Shown piece by piece: positions 43,601 to 51,810 of a DNA stretch of 63,116 bases; position 1 is the first letter of the stretch; every line of letters starts with the position of its first letter. The notes below the pieces were generated by a model that did not search any database, was not told the origin of the DNA, and saw nothing but the letters and a program-made list of their open reading frames with translations. Both the position numbers and the translations under genes were made by a program. The stretch spans positions 1-63,116 of the IMG/VR virus record IMGVR_UViG_3300004369_000014; one strand, written 5' to 3'. This DNA is from a virus (lineage: Duplodnaviria > Caudoviricetes).

Positions 43601-44223
43601 TGAAGACTTTCTGCAGCTTCCTTTCTTGCGTCTGTCAGTCTCTCTTCGGCGTCAGTAAGATTTCTACTCGCTCGAGCAAGTGACTCTCTGTTGTTTTCAA
43701 GAACTCTTGCTAAGCTCTTTTCAGCAGCTTCTATTCGTTTTCTTCTCGCCTCTTCAGCAGCCTCACCGCCACCGCCACCACCGCCGCCGGTTCTGGTCAT
43801 CTGATTGAGCGCTTCACCTATCCCACCAAACGCGAGCTTCGCGACGATGGCGGCTTGACCGATCGCGGTGAGAATAGAAGGTAGCGCAATTAGAGCCGGA
43901 GTTGCTGAAAGTACTGAAGCACTCAGCGCGACAAATCCCGAGACAAGAGACGAAATTGATCCAATAGCAACAGCTATCGCGGGACCGATCGCGTATCCAG
44001 TGGTGACCATTCTAAAGAATGCGTCGTTCGCCCGTATCGCGTTTTGTTGGAACTGAGAAAGATTTCGAGAGCCTCTTCTCAGACCGTTCGAGAACGCTGA
44101 ACCTGACTGATTTCCAGACCGCGAGAACTGAGAATTCAGACCAGAAAGAGATCTGTTTACGTCGTTCTGAAAGCCTGTCGTAATCGCATGAACGGCAATA
44201 TACGCATTACCAATGATGGCCAA
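40648..44223 (-). CDS. Tape measure protein
   Basis: 1191 aa, helical Ala/Ile-rich, W/F-periodic repeats, C-terminal AEGGIV..IGEAG.AE.V.PL; TTG start with GGAAGGAGGTG RBS; follows tail chaperone. Confidence 0.92.
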   Translation of the reverse strand: MAIIGNAYIAVHAITTGFQNDVNRSLSGLNSQFSRSGNQSGSAFSNGLRRGSRNLSQFQQNAIRANDAFFRMVTTGYAIGPAIAVAIGSISSLVSGFVALSASVLSATPALIALPSILTAIGQAAIVAKLAFGGIGEALNQMTRTGGGGGGGGEAAEEARRKRIEAAEKSLARVLENNRESLARASRNLTDAEERLTDARKEAAESLQQLNFDAEDAAISEKRAAIELEKARETLARVQDLPPNSRARREAELAYAEADLNLRRAKDRNADLAKETEEANAKGVEGSEQVVNATRAVEDAAADLARTERDALRAQVDAEEALAEAKKKTAEAGGGAAATDAYDKLTEAAKRFVDYLISIKPKLQELKDAAAEALLPPLQLAIDNLVQNLFPRLIPIIEETGKALGLAAIDFSNFVTEGRNLDKLDAVAATNVDTISKLGVVTGNLYDVFLSLLAAADPLIRRFTDWLVTLTTGWQETQNAKLATGELTDTFSKAGDVAAQLGEIFGNIGGALMNIGRAATGPGSGGQMLLDMFTESTARFEEYTQELLDNGRLEQFFINVAENAGKVSSLIVDIVKFFLKLGENQAIGTTADILRSEFVPALYGILDTLQSAAPSFAEFLGKLTSLIMKFTETGSIEAFFKTLGKGLDVLNSVFGNETVQKILLIIAPIMGTVKALSLMARVGKFFGNAFAGYFVKIGKAISKVSGLLGKQGMLKNMSLLTKLRFAGWIGAIVTALVLMWQNSEKFREAVKKLYDVLVKKLIEAFNRIKDAIDKVLSKFGGAGGAADGLQKIFGKLGDFVATYIVPIIEVVLVRAIDAVTTGINIFIYAVGAIIKVFQGVWEFVQGIFALFRGDMDGVREHFGAAFTAIKDAFMFVFSAIGEYFGYIWRGIKLVFDPIWDAISAAISWVWENVIKPVFEATLEVFKTVWDTISSVFTTIWDAISAAISWVWNNVIKPTFTSIGDVFETVWSGIEKVFTTVWDGIKLAIDTGVAIIKGAIEGIGTVFSAVFGVMESVAQTAFNAVVSVIATVINGIIAAVEGGVNLAISAINLLIRAYNKIPLAKNISEIDKVEFGRVTWNVDQATPTQAKAYEEYYRSRINAAGMAEGGIVSPRRGGLLTVIGEAGRAERVEPLDPDGLSRRDKAMIQMLAGPGAGKDVVINVYPSKGMDEAEVASMVSRQLAFQLRRGAA

Positions 44224-44277
44224 GTGTCTTCACCTCCTTCCATCAACTCAGTCGTATTTATTCTACAACATCTGAGA

Positions 44278-44745
44278 CTACCCTAGAGGACCATCTAACG
44301 CTGAACCAAAGGGCAGACTGGAGTTTGCATTGACGCGTGACGGTGGGACGTAGGGCTTCGGTGGAAACGGGCTTGACGATCTTTCAGCAGGATCTAGCGG
44401 AGTCGGCATTTCGTCGTACTCTACTTCGCTTTCTGGCAGTCCGATCTTGTTGTCATCTATATACGATCTGCGCCCCGTGGAGCTATTGCTGTTTGCTGTA
44501 GCATGTTTGTATGGCCTGCCGTAGAGAGACGAGTACAGTTCAGTCCTAGTTGAGTTGATAGCGTCAGACTGCTCCGCTGACGTTATGCCAATAACGTCAT
44601 CCTCGAAGAAGAAGTGAAGAACGTCAAGCAGATCAGAAGAATCAAGAGTGGTTAACGAGACGCCGTTGCAAATTGCCTTGCCGTTGACGTACGGCCAGAG
44701 ATCTAGTCCCCAGTCGAGGAGGGCTCTGACAGCTCCGTAGGGCGG
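44278..44745 (-). CDS. Tail assembly chaperone C-terminal extension (lambda gpT-like), -1 frame, no own start
   Basis: 155 open codons (PPYGAVRALLDWGLDLWPYVNGKA...PFGSALDGPLG) overlapping the end of 44703-45053; missing from the ORF track. Confidence 0.75.
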   Translation of the reverse strand, partial: PPYGAVRALLDWGLDLWPYVNGKAICNGVSLTTLDSSDLLDVLHFFFEDDVIGITSAEQSDAINSTRTELYSSLYGRPYKHATANSNSSTGRRSYIDDNKIGLPESEVEYDEMPTPLDPAERSSSPFPPKPYVPPSRVNANSSLPFGSALDGPLG

Positions 44746-45053
44746 TTACCATACGTCTCCATCAGCCAACTAACTATTTCCATTAGGCTTTCAAGAGACA
44801 CAGCTTTGTCCGGGTCACTAATCATCGCGTCAAATCTTTCGTGACTTTCTGGATACAAAACGGCAGAGAAAAAGTCAAGAAGAACGGTAGCGTTTTCGCT
44901 GGTATTGCTGTCGTCTGACGTTCTTTTTGCGAACTCGAGCATTAGCTTACCAGGCACGTTTGGCCTGCACGAAAACATTTCTCCGTACAGTTGAAATTCA
45001 ACATTATCAGTTTCTTCGTGTGCCGGTGAGCCGAAGTCCTTAAACTTCTTCAT
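44703..45053 (-). CDS. Tail assembly chaperone (lambda gpG-like)
   Basis: Upstream of tape measure; ends WLMETYGNRPT..S; overlapped by a -1 frame ORF. Confidence 0.8.
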   Translation of the reverse strand: MKKFKDFGSPAHEETDNVEFQLYGEMFSCRPNVPGKLMLEFAKRTSDDSNTSENATVLLDFFSAVLYPESHERFDAMISDPDKAVSLESLMEIVSWLMETYGNRPTELSEPSSTGD

Positions 45054-45281
45054 AGTGTACCTCTTTCTATGTGTCTTGGTAGAAACATCAAACTTCGTAG
45101 TTGATTGAAAAATTTCTTAACACAGTAGGTGGTGGAAACAAGGCGTCGCTCTGCTCTATCTCAAGCAGAAGCCGGCTGTCCTTAATCGCGTCGTCTACTG
45201 TTATCATCTATCATTCATCCTAGCAAGTCCGTCATGCTAATTGTATATCATCGAGACGCAGCAGATGATCTTAGCAGGTGA

Positions 45282-45746
45282 CTAAGCCAAAGCAAGAGGC
45301 AAGTTATCAGTAAGATATCTATTCGGCCTTGTCCCTGGGTGAAGAACAATATCAGTAAAGACAACCTTGCCTTTAGACACGAATCTAAGCATCTTTGGTG
45401 GTTTAGCCACTATTACATGCGGCTTGGTGCCCTCGTGATGCATTAGAGCGTAACTAAGTGGAGAACCTACCAGCATCTTTTGACCGATTGGAGTGCGCTC
45501 ATGATTCATGTGAATCGACAACTTAAGCGCGCCGGTGCGAATTCCCGCCTGCGCCTTCGCGGCCCACATCACCTTGGCAGCGCGCCGCTCAAGGTCTCTA
45601 CCGACTGGGCCACCGCGTTGCTTAAGTACATAGTCAAGTTCAGCATAGTCCCAGATGACAATGACTTTGCCATACACGGAGAACGGATTTCTTCCAGACA
45701 GTCCGCCGCCTCCACCTGGCCCAGTGCGAATTGGGACGAGACTCAT
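45282..45746 (-). CDS. HK97 gp10-like neck/tail completion protein
   Basis: RTGALKLSI, YALMHHEGT, HPGTRPNRYL. Confidence 0.72.
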   Translation of the reverse strand: MSLVPIRTGPGGGGGLSGRNPFSVYGKVIVIWDYAELDYVLKQRGGPVGRDLERRAAKVMWAAKAQAGIRTGALKLSIHMNHERTPIGQKMLVGSPLSYALMHHEGTKPHVIVAKPPKMLRFVSKGKVVFTDIVLHPGTRPNRYLTDNLPLALA

Positions 45747-46249
45747 GGGATCGCCATGGTCAACTGAAGAGTGACCATCTGGAATCCACCTTCAGGCGGT
45801 GGGATTTCTACAGAGCCAATCACTCCGACTCCGTACCCGTACTCACCTTCCCACTGGTCAAAAAGATTCATCGACTGAAGAAGCACCCAGGAATCAACGG
45901 CAGTAATTTTCGCGCCGTCCATAATTTTTTCTGCTGTTGGTGGTCTGCCATTGACGGACATTACTGGTATCTCTCGAGCAAGAGTGACAAGAACTACTGC
46001 GCTACGAGCAACGTTGCACCGCTGCGGCCGAGACTGTTGATCGCCAGGAGGGCCTAAATACGCTTGAACAAGCGTAACGGCAAGCTGTTCGCAGTCGATC
46101 GCCGCTTGCCCGACTGACCAGTAGCGCTTTGCGGGCAGTGGGACGCTGTACGACTGAAACGTCGAGACTACCTTGTCAAGAATTCCGTCGAGCATATCGA
46201 CGACATTCAATGCGTCCGAGTCTACTCCAGAGATATCAACTGTTGCCAT
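45743..46249 (-). CDS. Putative tail terminator
   Basis: Size and synteny; DCEQLAV, PPEGG. Confidence 0.55.
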   Translation of the reverse strand: MATVDISGVDSDALNVVDMLDGILDKVVSTFQSYSVPLPAKRYWSVGQAAIDCEQLAVTLVQAYLGPPGDQQSRPQRCNVARSAVVLVTLAREIPVMSVNGRPPTAEKIMDGAKITAVDSWVLLQSMNLFDQWEGEYGYGVGVIGSVEIPPPEGGFQMVTLQLTMAIP

Positions 46250-46256
46250 GTTATAA

Positions 46257-47618
46257 CTATACCGTGTAAGCGTTTATGAGCGGTGTTGCCAATGAAACAC
46301 TGAGATTGCCGGAGCAGATGTACACGGTTTCTGTAGTACCATCTATCTGTCTGCTGGCGTAAAGATCCCATGTCCCTGGATCTACCATACCAAGCAAGCC
46401 TCTAATGTCAGAATAGTCGATTGACACAGTGATTCTGTCGTCTGTTGACGCCGTTATTGTGCCAGACGCTGACGTCGAGGCCACGTCTGAAGCAGTCACT
46501 GCGTATTGCACTGTAGTTGCAGATGGCACCTGCGTCACAGTATATGTGCCATTGAAAGTCGCGTCTACATCCGCAACAACTATTTCGGCGTCTACATATA
46601 GTCCATGAGCGGAAGAAGTTGTCAAAGTTGCAACGTTACTTGAGAGCTCCTTGTTTACTACAACTAGCGCCGATGGCGTCGGGTCAGTCAACGTAGCGGC
46701 GCCATCTAAAGTCACTGAGCTTGTTTCTGCCCAGTTTCTAGCAACAACTTCCGCAGTCCACGTAGAGGTATCAGTCAGGTACTCTGCATTTATCGACTCT
46801 AAGGAGACGTTCATGCTGCCCGACCCGCCAGCAGTAACAGCTATGTCAAGGTCGCTAGCTGTGTACTTGAGCGCCTTTGGTGTGTTTCTTCTCGCGCGAG
46901 GTACGTCTGGAGTAAAAACTCTTGCCTTCGCTACGGCCTTGTGCGGGTTGACTGATTTCAAGAACATGTCAACTGCGTACAGTCCTGTGCGCATTTCTTG
47001 GATGAAGTCCTGGCTGTCAAGTAGAGTGTACGAGATGCCTTGACGTGCAATTGATGTAATTCTTTGTGGCAGCGCGCAGTCGTCGTCGTTATTGAACAGT
47101 TTTACAAACTCAATTGCAAGGGTTCTTGCTGCCATTCTACCTAGCGTTGGCGGATCTACTCCGTAGCTGTACGTTACCTCGACGTTGCACGGCGTCCATC
47201 GAACACCTGTTACGGCGTGAATTGTGGAGTGATCAACAAGGTAGTACTTGTCTGGGCTGATTACCTCTCCGACTCTGTTTCTAATTGTGTGAATCTTTGT
47301 GACGGGGCGACCGCGAAGACGAATTCTTGAAGAAGATGTTGTACCGTCAGTGGCGATGTCTTCGTAGAAGTCAAGATTGTCTGAAAAGATGTTGTATATA
47401 TCGCCGTCAATAAGGACAGCGTCGTTATTCTTAACCGACGGGCCGTAGCGGTACGTTCTACCAGCGCAAACGTATCTCTCAGTTACAGTAGTGACGCCGC
47501 TATACTTTCTGCCAGACAGCGCCCAAAGAAGATATGACGCTGACTTAGCAGCTTCATACGAGAACTCAGTATCTTCGTATTCACCGAGTTCTTCAGGTGT
47601 GATCCAGAGATTGGACAT
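46257..47618 (-). CDS. Head-to-tail adaptor with C-terminal accessory domains
   Basis: AS.LLWALSGRKY, VTYSYG..PP, CALPQRITSIARQGIS, TGLYAVD.F...VNP. Confidence 0.72.
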   Translation of the reverse strand: MSNLWITPEELGEYEDTEFSYEAAKSASYLLWALSGRKYSGVTTVTERYVCAGRTYRYGPSVKNNDAVLIDGDIYNIFSDNLDFYEDIATDGTTSSSRIRLRGRPVTKIHTIRNRVGEVISPDKYYLVDHSTIHAVTGVRWTPCNVEVTYSYGVDPPTLGRMAARTLAIEFVKLFNNDDDCALPQRITSIARQGISYTLLDSQDFIQEMRTGLYAVDMFLKSVNPHKAVAKARVFTPDVPRARRNTPKALKYTASDLDIAVTAGGSGSMNVSLESINAEYLTDTSTWTAEVVARNWAETSSVTLDGAATLTDPTPSALVVVNKELSSNVATLTTSSAHGLYVDAEIVVADVDATFNGTYTVTQVPSATTVQYAVTASDVASTSASGTITASTDDRITVSIDYSDIRGLLGMVDPGTWDLYASRQIDGTTETVYICSGNLSVSLATPLINAYTV

Positions 47619-47642
47619 CTTTCCTCGTCTCTACTGCCGTAA

Positions 47643-47692
47643 ACTCAAGCGGCGCGTCCTATGTATTCTACACATAGAACGCGCCGTTGAGT
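47643..47692 (-). terminator. Long stem-loop after the major tail gene
   Basis: Arms 47643-47664 and 47672-47692 pair over ~21 bp (one bulge, one G-U). Confidence 0.65.
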
Positions 47693-47701
47693 GTGCGTTT
47701 A

Positions 47702-48745
47702 TCAGGACGTCGGATCCTCGGTGGAGGCGATGATGAAGTCGATGTCCTCGTCCTCGTTGTAGTTGACGTTGCCAGGTACGTTGTAGTCAGTCGTCGAACC
47801 TTGCGACGTGAAGTCGGTGACCTCACGGCTATTTGCCGCAACATCCGCTGTACCGCTGTCAGACGTTGAGGCGATGTCAGACGCTGTCTTAGCGTACGTA
47901 AACGTTGTTGTTGTTGGTACAGCAACAATCGTAAACGTTCCGTTCAGATCGGTGTTTGTCAGGCCGGCAACAACAACTGTGTCTCCTGCGGCAAAGTTGT
48001 GAGCGGCGCTTGTCGTGATCGTAGCGACGTTCGACGTAAGAGCCACGTTTGTGATAGTAGCGGAGAGATCTCCGTGCCACGTGTAGAAGCCCTTGCGGCC
48101 AGTTGGCGCCCAAGCTGCGCGTGAGTACGAGTACGGACGCTCTGCTGCTGCGGGGAACTCCCAGCGCTCGTCGAGGCCGGACGAGAACAACGAGTTTCCA
48201 AGGCCATAACCTTCGAAAGTTGTTGCAATCATGCCGTTCTCGATGACACGATCACCTGAGAGACGGAGACGACAGTACGGGAAGACCCAGTGGAAGTACG
48301 GATTTGTTCCAGCGCGCTTGCCGTCAGCAACAGCAAACGACCAGCACTCGATCGCGACGCCAAGGCCGGCAGGGTCGTCGCCAATTGCAGGTGACGACCA
48401 GCCGATGCTCTTGCGATCGGGCGATGCGTACGTTCCATAGTTCTTTCGAAGCAAAAGACCACCGGAGAGAAGGTGAGTAAGCTCGGGATCGGGCTCGCAG
48501 ATAGCGAGTTCCATCGTCACTCTCTTAAGTGTGTCAGGCGCTTGGTACGAAACGCAGATCGAGCCATTTGCTGACTTTTCTACGATTTCGTCGCCAGACT
48601 CATACTCTGGAGTGAACGACAGACGCATGAACGCGCTCGTCGTGTAGCTGTCGCCTGGTTCGTTGCTTAGAGCACCGGTGGCATCAAGACGCGTCACGCG
48701 AACTGATACTCCTTGAATACTCGCGGCGTAGTCCTGAGTTGCCAT
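47702..48745 (-). CDS. Major tail protein with C-terminal accessory domain
   Basis: RVTRLDATG, GDEIVEKSANGSIC, CEPDPEL, HWVFP; AAGGAG RBS; synteny. Confidence 0.82.
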   Translation of the reverse strand: MATQDYAASIQGVSVRVTRLDATGALSNEPGDSYTTSAFMRLSFTPEYESGDEIVEKSANGSICVSYQAPDTLKRVTMELAICEPDPELTHLLSGGLLLRKNYGTYASPDRKSIGWSSPAIGDDPAGLGVAIECWSFAVADGKRAGTNPYFHWVFPYCRLRLSGDRVIENGMIATTFEGYGLGNSLFSSGLDERWEFPAAAERPYSYSRAAWAPTGRKGFYTWHGDLSATITNVALTSNVATITTSAAHNFAAGDTVVVAGLTNTDLNGTFTIVAVPTTTTFTYAKTASDIASTSDSGTADVAANSREVTDFTSQGSTTDYNVPGNVNYNEDEDIDFIIASTEDPTS

Positions 48746-48784
48746 GTGTTCTCCTTAACAGAAATCTGCCTTTGCAGACAAATC

Positions 48785-49654
48785 TTATACCGACAAATCG
48801 ACCCTGACAGTGAGGTGCACTGATGAGTCAAAATACACAGCCGCGGGGCGAATTGCCTTGAGCCGCATGTCATTTTGATTTCCATTAACGTCATACGCCT
48901 GAGAAAGATTGTCGTTCACGACGTCAATTTTACCGACGTAGGCTTTTACTGCTCCAGTGGCGTACATCCACTTATTTGTGGCTGAAGCCGCGGCGCCAGT
49001 AGCCCCTGTCGGTCCAGTGCCTGAGTAGCCAGAGCCGATGACAATCGGAGTACCACTAACAGTTTGCAGGTGATTCTCCTTGTGAAAAATCATGTAACTA
49101 CTAGAAAGAAGAGTTGCAACGTCACGGGTCATGTGAATGATGCCTTGTTCACCGCATGGTGATACGCTACCGATTGTAAAGTCAAGCAACGCTAGAGCCT
49201 CAACAGGTGTTAGGGCAGTTCCACTGTTCAATATTGTTGCCGCAGACGCAGTTACTAAAGACTTGTTGCTGTGACTTTCTGCTGCTCTAATTGGGCCATC
49301 CCACAATTCTTTTTCGATGGCCTTCTGAGTCACGCCTTCAACTTGTCGCTTAATCCGTTCTACTCTGTCGAGACCAAGAAAACCCATGGTCGACACAATT
49401 TCTTCTACCTCGATGAAAAACGGGTCGATCTCTTCGTTACGCGTTGGTGTCGCGTTACTCGTTACTGTAGCAGACGACGTGTCTGTGCTGTCCCAAAGTT
49501 TGGCGGAATACAATTCCGTATCCCATTCTTGGGCGAATCCTCGAATCCATCTGTCTTCATTCGTTGAGCTGCTGGGCTTGACAACGGTAAATAGACCATA
49601 TTCTGCCGGAATTATTGCCGGAGCCTCTACTACGCCGTTCTTTGGAAAAGCCAT
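48785..49654 (-). CDS. Second capsid protein (putative pentamer/minor capsid)
   Basis: Directly after major capsid; PFFIE, IEKELW.G, GIIH, T..GTPIVIGSGY, WMYATG.V, N....A.R motifs. Confidence 0.65.
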   Translation of the reverse strand: MAFPKNGVVEAPAIIPAEYGLFTVVKPSSSTNEDRWIRGFAQEWDTELYSAKLWDSTDTSSATVTSNATPTRNEEIDPFFIEVEEIVSTMGFLGLDRVERIKRQVEGVTQKAIEKELWDGPIRAAESHSNKSLVTASAATILNSGTALTPVEALALLDFTIGSVSPCGEQGIIHMTRDVATLLSSSYMIFHKENHLQTVSGTPIVIGSGYSGTGPTGATGAAASATNKWMYATGAVKAYVGKIDVVNDNLSQAYDVNGNQNDMRLKAIRPAAVYFDSSVHLTVRVDLSV

Positions 49655-49690
49655 CGATGAATCCTCGCTCTGCGATTCTGTGTAGAGTTT

Positions 49691-49722
49691 GCCCCTCCGA
49701 AGTTTTTACACTCCGGAGGGGC
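49691..49722 (-). terminator. Stem-loop after the major capsid gene
   Basis: Minus strand GCCCCTCCGGAGT-GTAAAA-ACTTCGGAGGGGC, 13-bp stem with one G-U. Confidence 0.7.
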
Positions 49723-49742
49723 GTACTCAGTTACTAGTTGGA

Positions 49743-51689
49743 TCAGTATTCGATCGCAGCAGCCGTGGCGCCACCTGTCGTGTCACGGAGGGCAGCAGCC
49801 ACTCCGTTCACGCTGATGGTCGATGTCACGACGAGCGACTCGATACCAACCTTGGCGATACCCTCGAAGGTTTCAACGAACATCTTGTAGTCGTTGGTGC
49901 CGACGAGTGTCGAATCACGGATGATTCCGAGGTCCAAGGTTCCGCCGTCGAGGAACAGGAACGTTCCTTCGGAGAACATGTACCACGTGAAGGTATCGCT
50001 GAACTCGTTCATAGCTCCGGTGCTCTGCGCGCTAGCGACGTTGAGGTCGGGGCTGAACGTGATGTTTACACCGCGAGCGGCGAGGTAACCCTCGACTTCG
50101 CCGTAGGCGTTGAGTGTGCTGTCACCAGGCATCGACAGAGCGAGGTCCGCAACCATGGCGTCCTTGATCCACGAGGGAGCGAGGACTCGGAGCGGCATGT
50201 CGGCGTCAAGACGGTGACGGCTGCGGTACGCCGAAGCGGCGCGGCCAACCTGAACGAGGAAGTCACGAGCAACACCGATGAGGCTTGTTGACGAGATAGC
50301 CGTCGAGCCGGCTGTGAGCTTCGAAGCCAAGTACTGCTCAGCCTCACGGGCGTGCTGAATCAGAGCAAGCTCGTTGTGACGAGCAATCAACTCTGGGTAC
50401 GCACGTGTCATGAGGTTACCGAACTGGAGCTGCAGGGTGACAGCGTCGGTGGCGACGGTTGTCTCTGTAGCAGCAGCAACGGTGAGGCTTGCCTTGGTGT
50501 CGGTGCCCGGGTCGGTGTCGACGACGTTGGTCCACACGCCTACGGCGTCAGCGTAGCTGCTCAGCACCGGCGGAACGATGTAGCGGATACCGCCACGGTC
50601 AGCCTGGAAACGGGGCAGCGAGTCACGGATCGGACGAACCGTGGTGCCGAAGCCGAAGATGTCGTACTTGACTTCGAACGGTGTGCTGTGACCACCAGAA
50701 GCGACGATAGCCTCGGGGCTAGCGACATTCTTGATCTTCACGATGTTCGAGTCAGTGTCCTGCGTGAGGATTCTGTCTTCGTTGTACTTGGTTGTAATCG
50801 ACGCGACGATGTGCTGTTCGCCGTCGCCACCCTTTACACGGCGGAGACCGTGCAAGCGGGAGGCCATCGCCTCGGCAATTTCTTGGTAGTTAGCCATCTG
50901 AGCGCCAGCCGTGTAGCCAGGGATGTCGGCACCAGCGGTGATAACCACCGGAGCCTGAGCTGCCTGGATGTTCGGGCGACGGTCGGCTGGAGCCTGGACT
51001 TCTACGTCCTGGCCCTCTTCTGCGGCGGCAGTCATTGGTGCCTCCTGACCTTCCTGCTCATCTTGAGCGATTTCTGTGGTTGTTGAAAGTTCGGCATCAA
51101 CTTCAACCTCGACTGAGGCTTCTGTTGAAACTTCTGGCGTCTCTTCTTGCGCAGCTTCGACAGCAAGTTCTTCAGCCGGCGCCTCAACTGCAACTTCTTC
51201 AACAGCGAGTTCCGCTGTCGCCTCTGTTTCAGTTGCTGCGTCTGTGGCTTCGACTGCTGCCTCTGCTTCTGCGACTACTTCTGTAACTACTTCTTCGGTT
51301 GAAAGCTCTGAAACCTCTTCAGTAGCAGTTGACGCTTCAGACATCTTCGACTCTTCCTCTTCCATGGTGGGAGCAGCAGGAATTTCTTCCTCCTTCTCTT
51401 CCTCCATAGCTTCAGGAGCCTCAGCATCCTCTTCCATCGCACCCTTGACGCGGTTCGCGGCCTCTGCGGCGCGGGCAGCAAGCTCTTGAGCTAGTGCCTG
51501 GCGACGCTTCGACTCTCCACGAACGGTGTCGAGCATGTCAGCAAGAGTTGTCATCTTCTCAACTGTTTCTGGAGTTGGATCTTCGCCCTCAACCGTTTCA
51601 AACTCCGAAACAATCGCGCTCTGAAGTTCGACGACTTCGTCGTCAGTCAGATCTGAGATCGTGTCGAGCATTTGCTTGATACGGTCCAC
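49743..51689 (-). CDS. Major capsid (hexamer) protein with acidic N-terminal scaffold-like region
   Basis: Glu/Ala-rich first ~240 aa; AIVASGG, LPRFQADRGGIRY, FGNL..RAYPEL, LDLGIIRDSTL..NDY..F.E; strong RBS. Confidence 0.85.
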   Translation of the reverse strand: MDRIKQMLDTISDLTDDEVVELQSAIVSEFETVEGEDPTPETVEKMTTLADMLDTVRGESKRRQALAQELAARAAEAANRVKGAMEEDAEAPEAMEEEKEEEIPAAPTMEEEESKMSEASTATEEVSELSTEEVVTEVVAEAEAAVEATDAATETEATAELAVEEVAVEAPAEELAVEAAQEETPEVSTEASVEVEVDAELSTTTEIAQDEQEGQEAPMTAAAEEGQDVEVQAPADRRPNIQAAQAPVVITAGADIPGYTAGAQMANYQEIAEAMASRLHGLRRVKGGDGEQHIVASITTKYNEDRILTQDTDSNIVKIKNVASPEAIVASGGHSTPFEVKYDIFGFGTTVRPIRDSLPRFQADRGGIRYIVPPVLSSYADAVGVWTNVVDTDPGTDTKASLTVAAATETTVATDAVTLQLQFGNLMTRAYPELIARHNELALIQHAREAEQYLASKLTAGSTAISSTSLIGVARDFLVQVGRAASAYRSRHRLDADMPLRVLAPSWIKDAMVADLALSMPGDSTLNAYGEVEGYLAARGVNITFSPDLNVASAQSTGAMNEFSDTFTWYMFSEGTFLFLDGGTLDLGIIRDSTLVGTNDYKMFVETFEGIAKVGIESLVVTSTISVNGVAAALRDTTGGATAAAIEY

Positions 51690-51690
51690 T

Positions 51691-51805
51691 GTCCCTCCTC
51701 CGGGCCAGTCACGGTAGTCAACTGTAGACTACCTCGGGTTTCTGTCCAAGGGAGGGACTCTTCGCCAGATCGCCAAGAGGCACTCACCTATGGAGTACTT
51801 TAACA
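51691..51805 (-). promoter_or_regulatory. Promoter-like TGtTAAAGT and structured 5' leader of the major capsid gene
   Basis: -10-like box at 51797-51805; inverted repeats 51691-51698/51751-51758 and 51713-51719/51727-51733. Confidence 0.5.
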
Positions 51806-51810
51806 TACAA

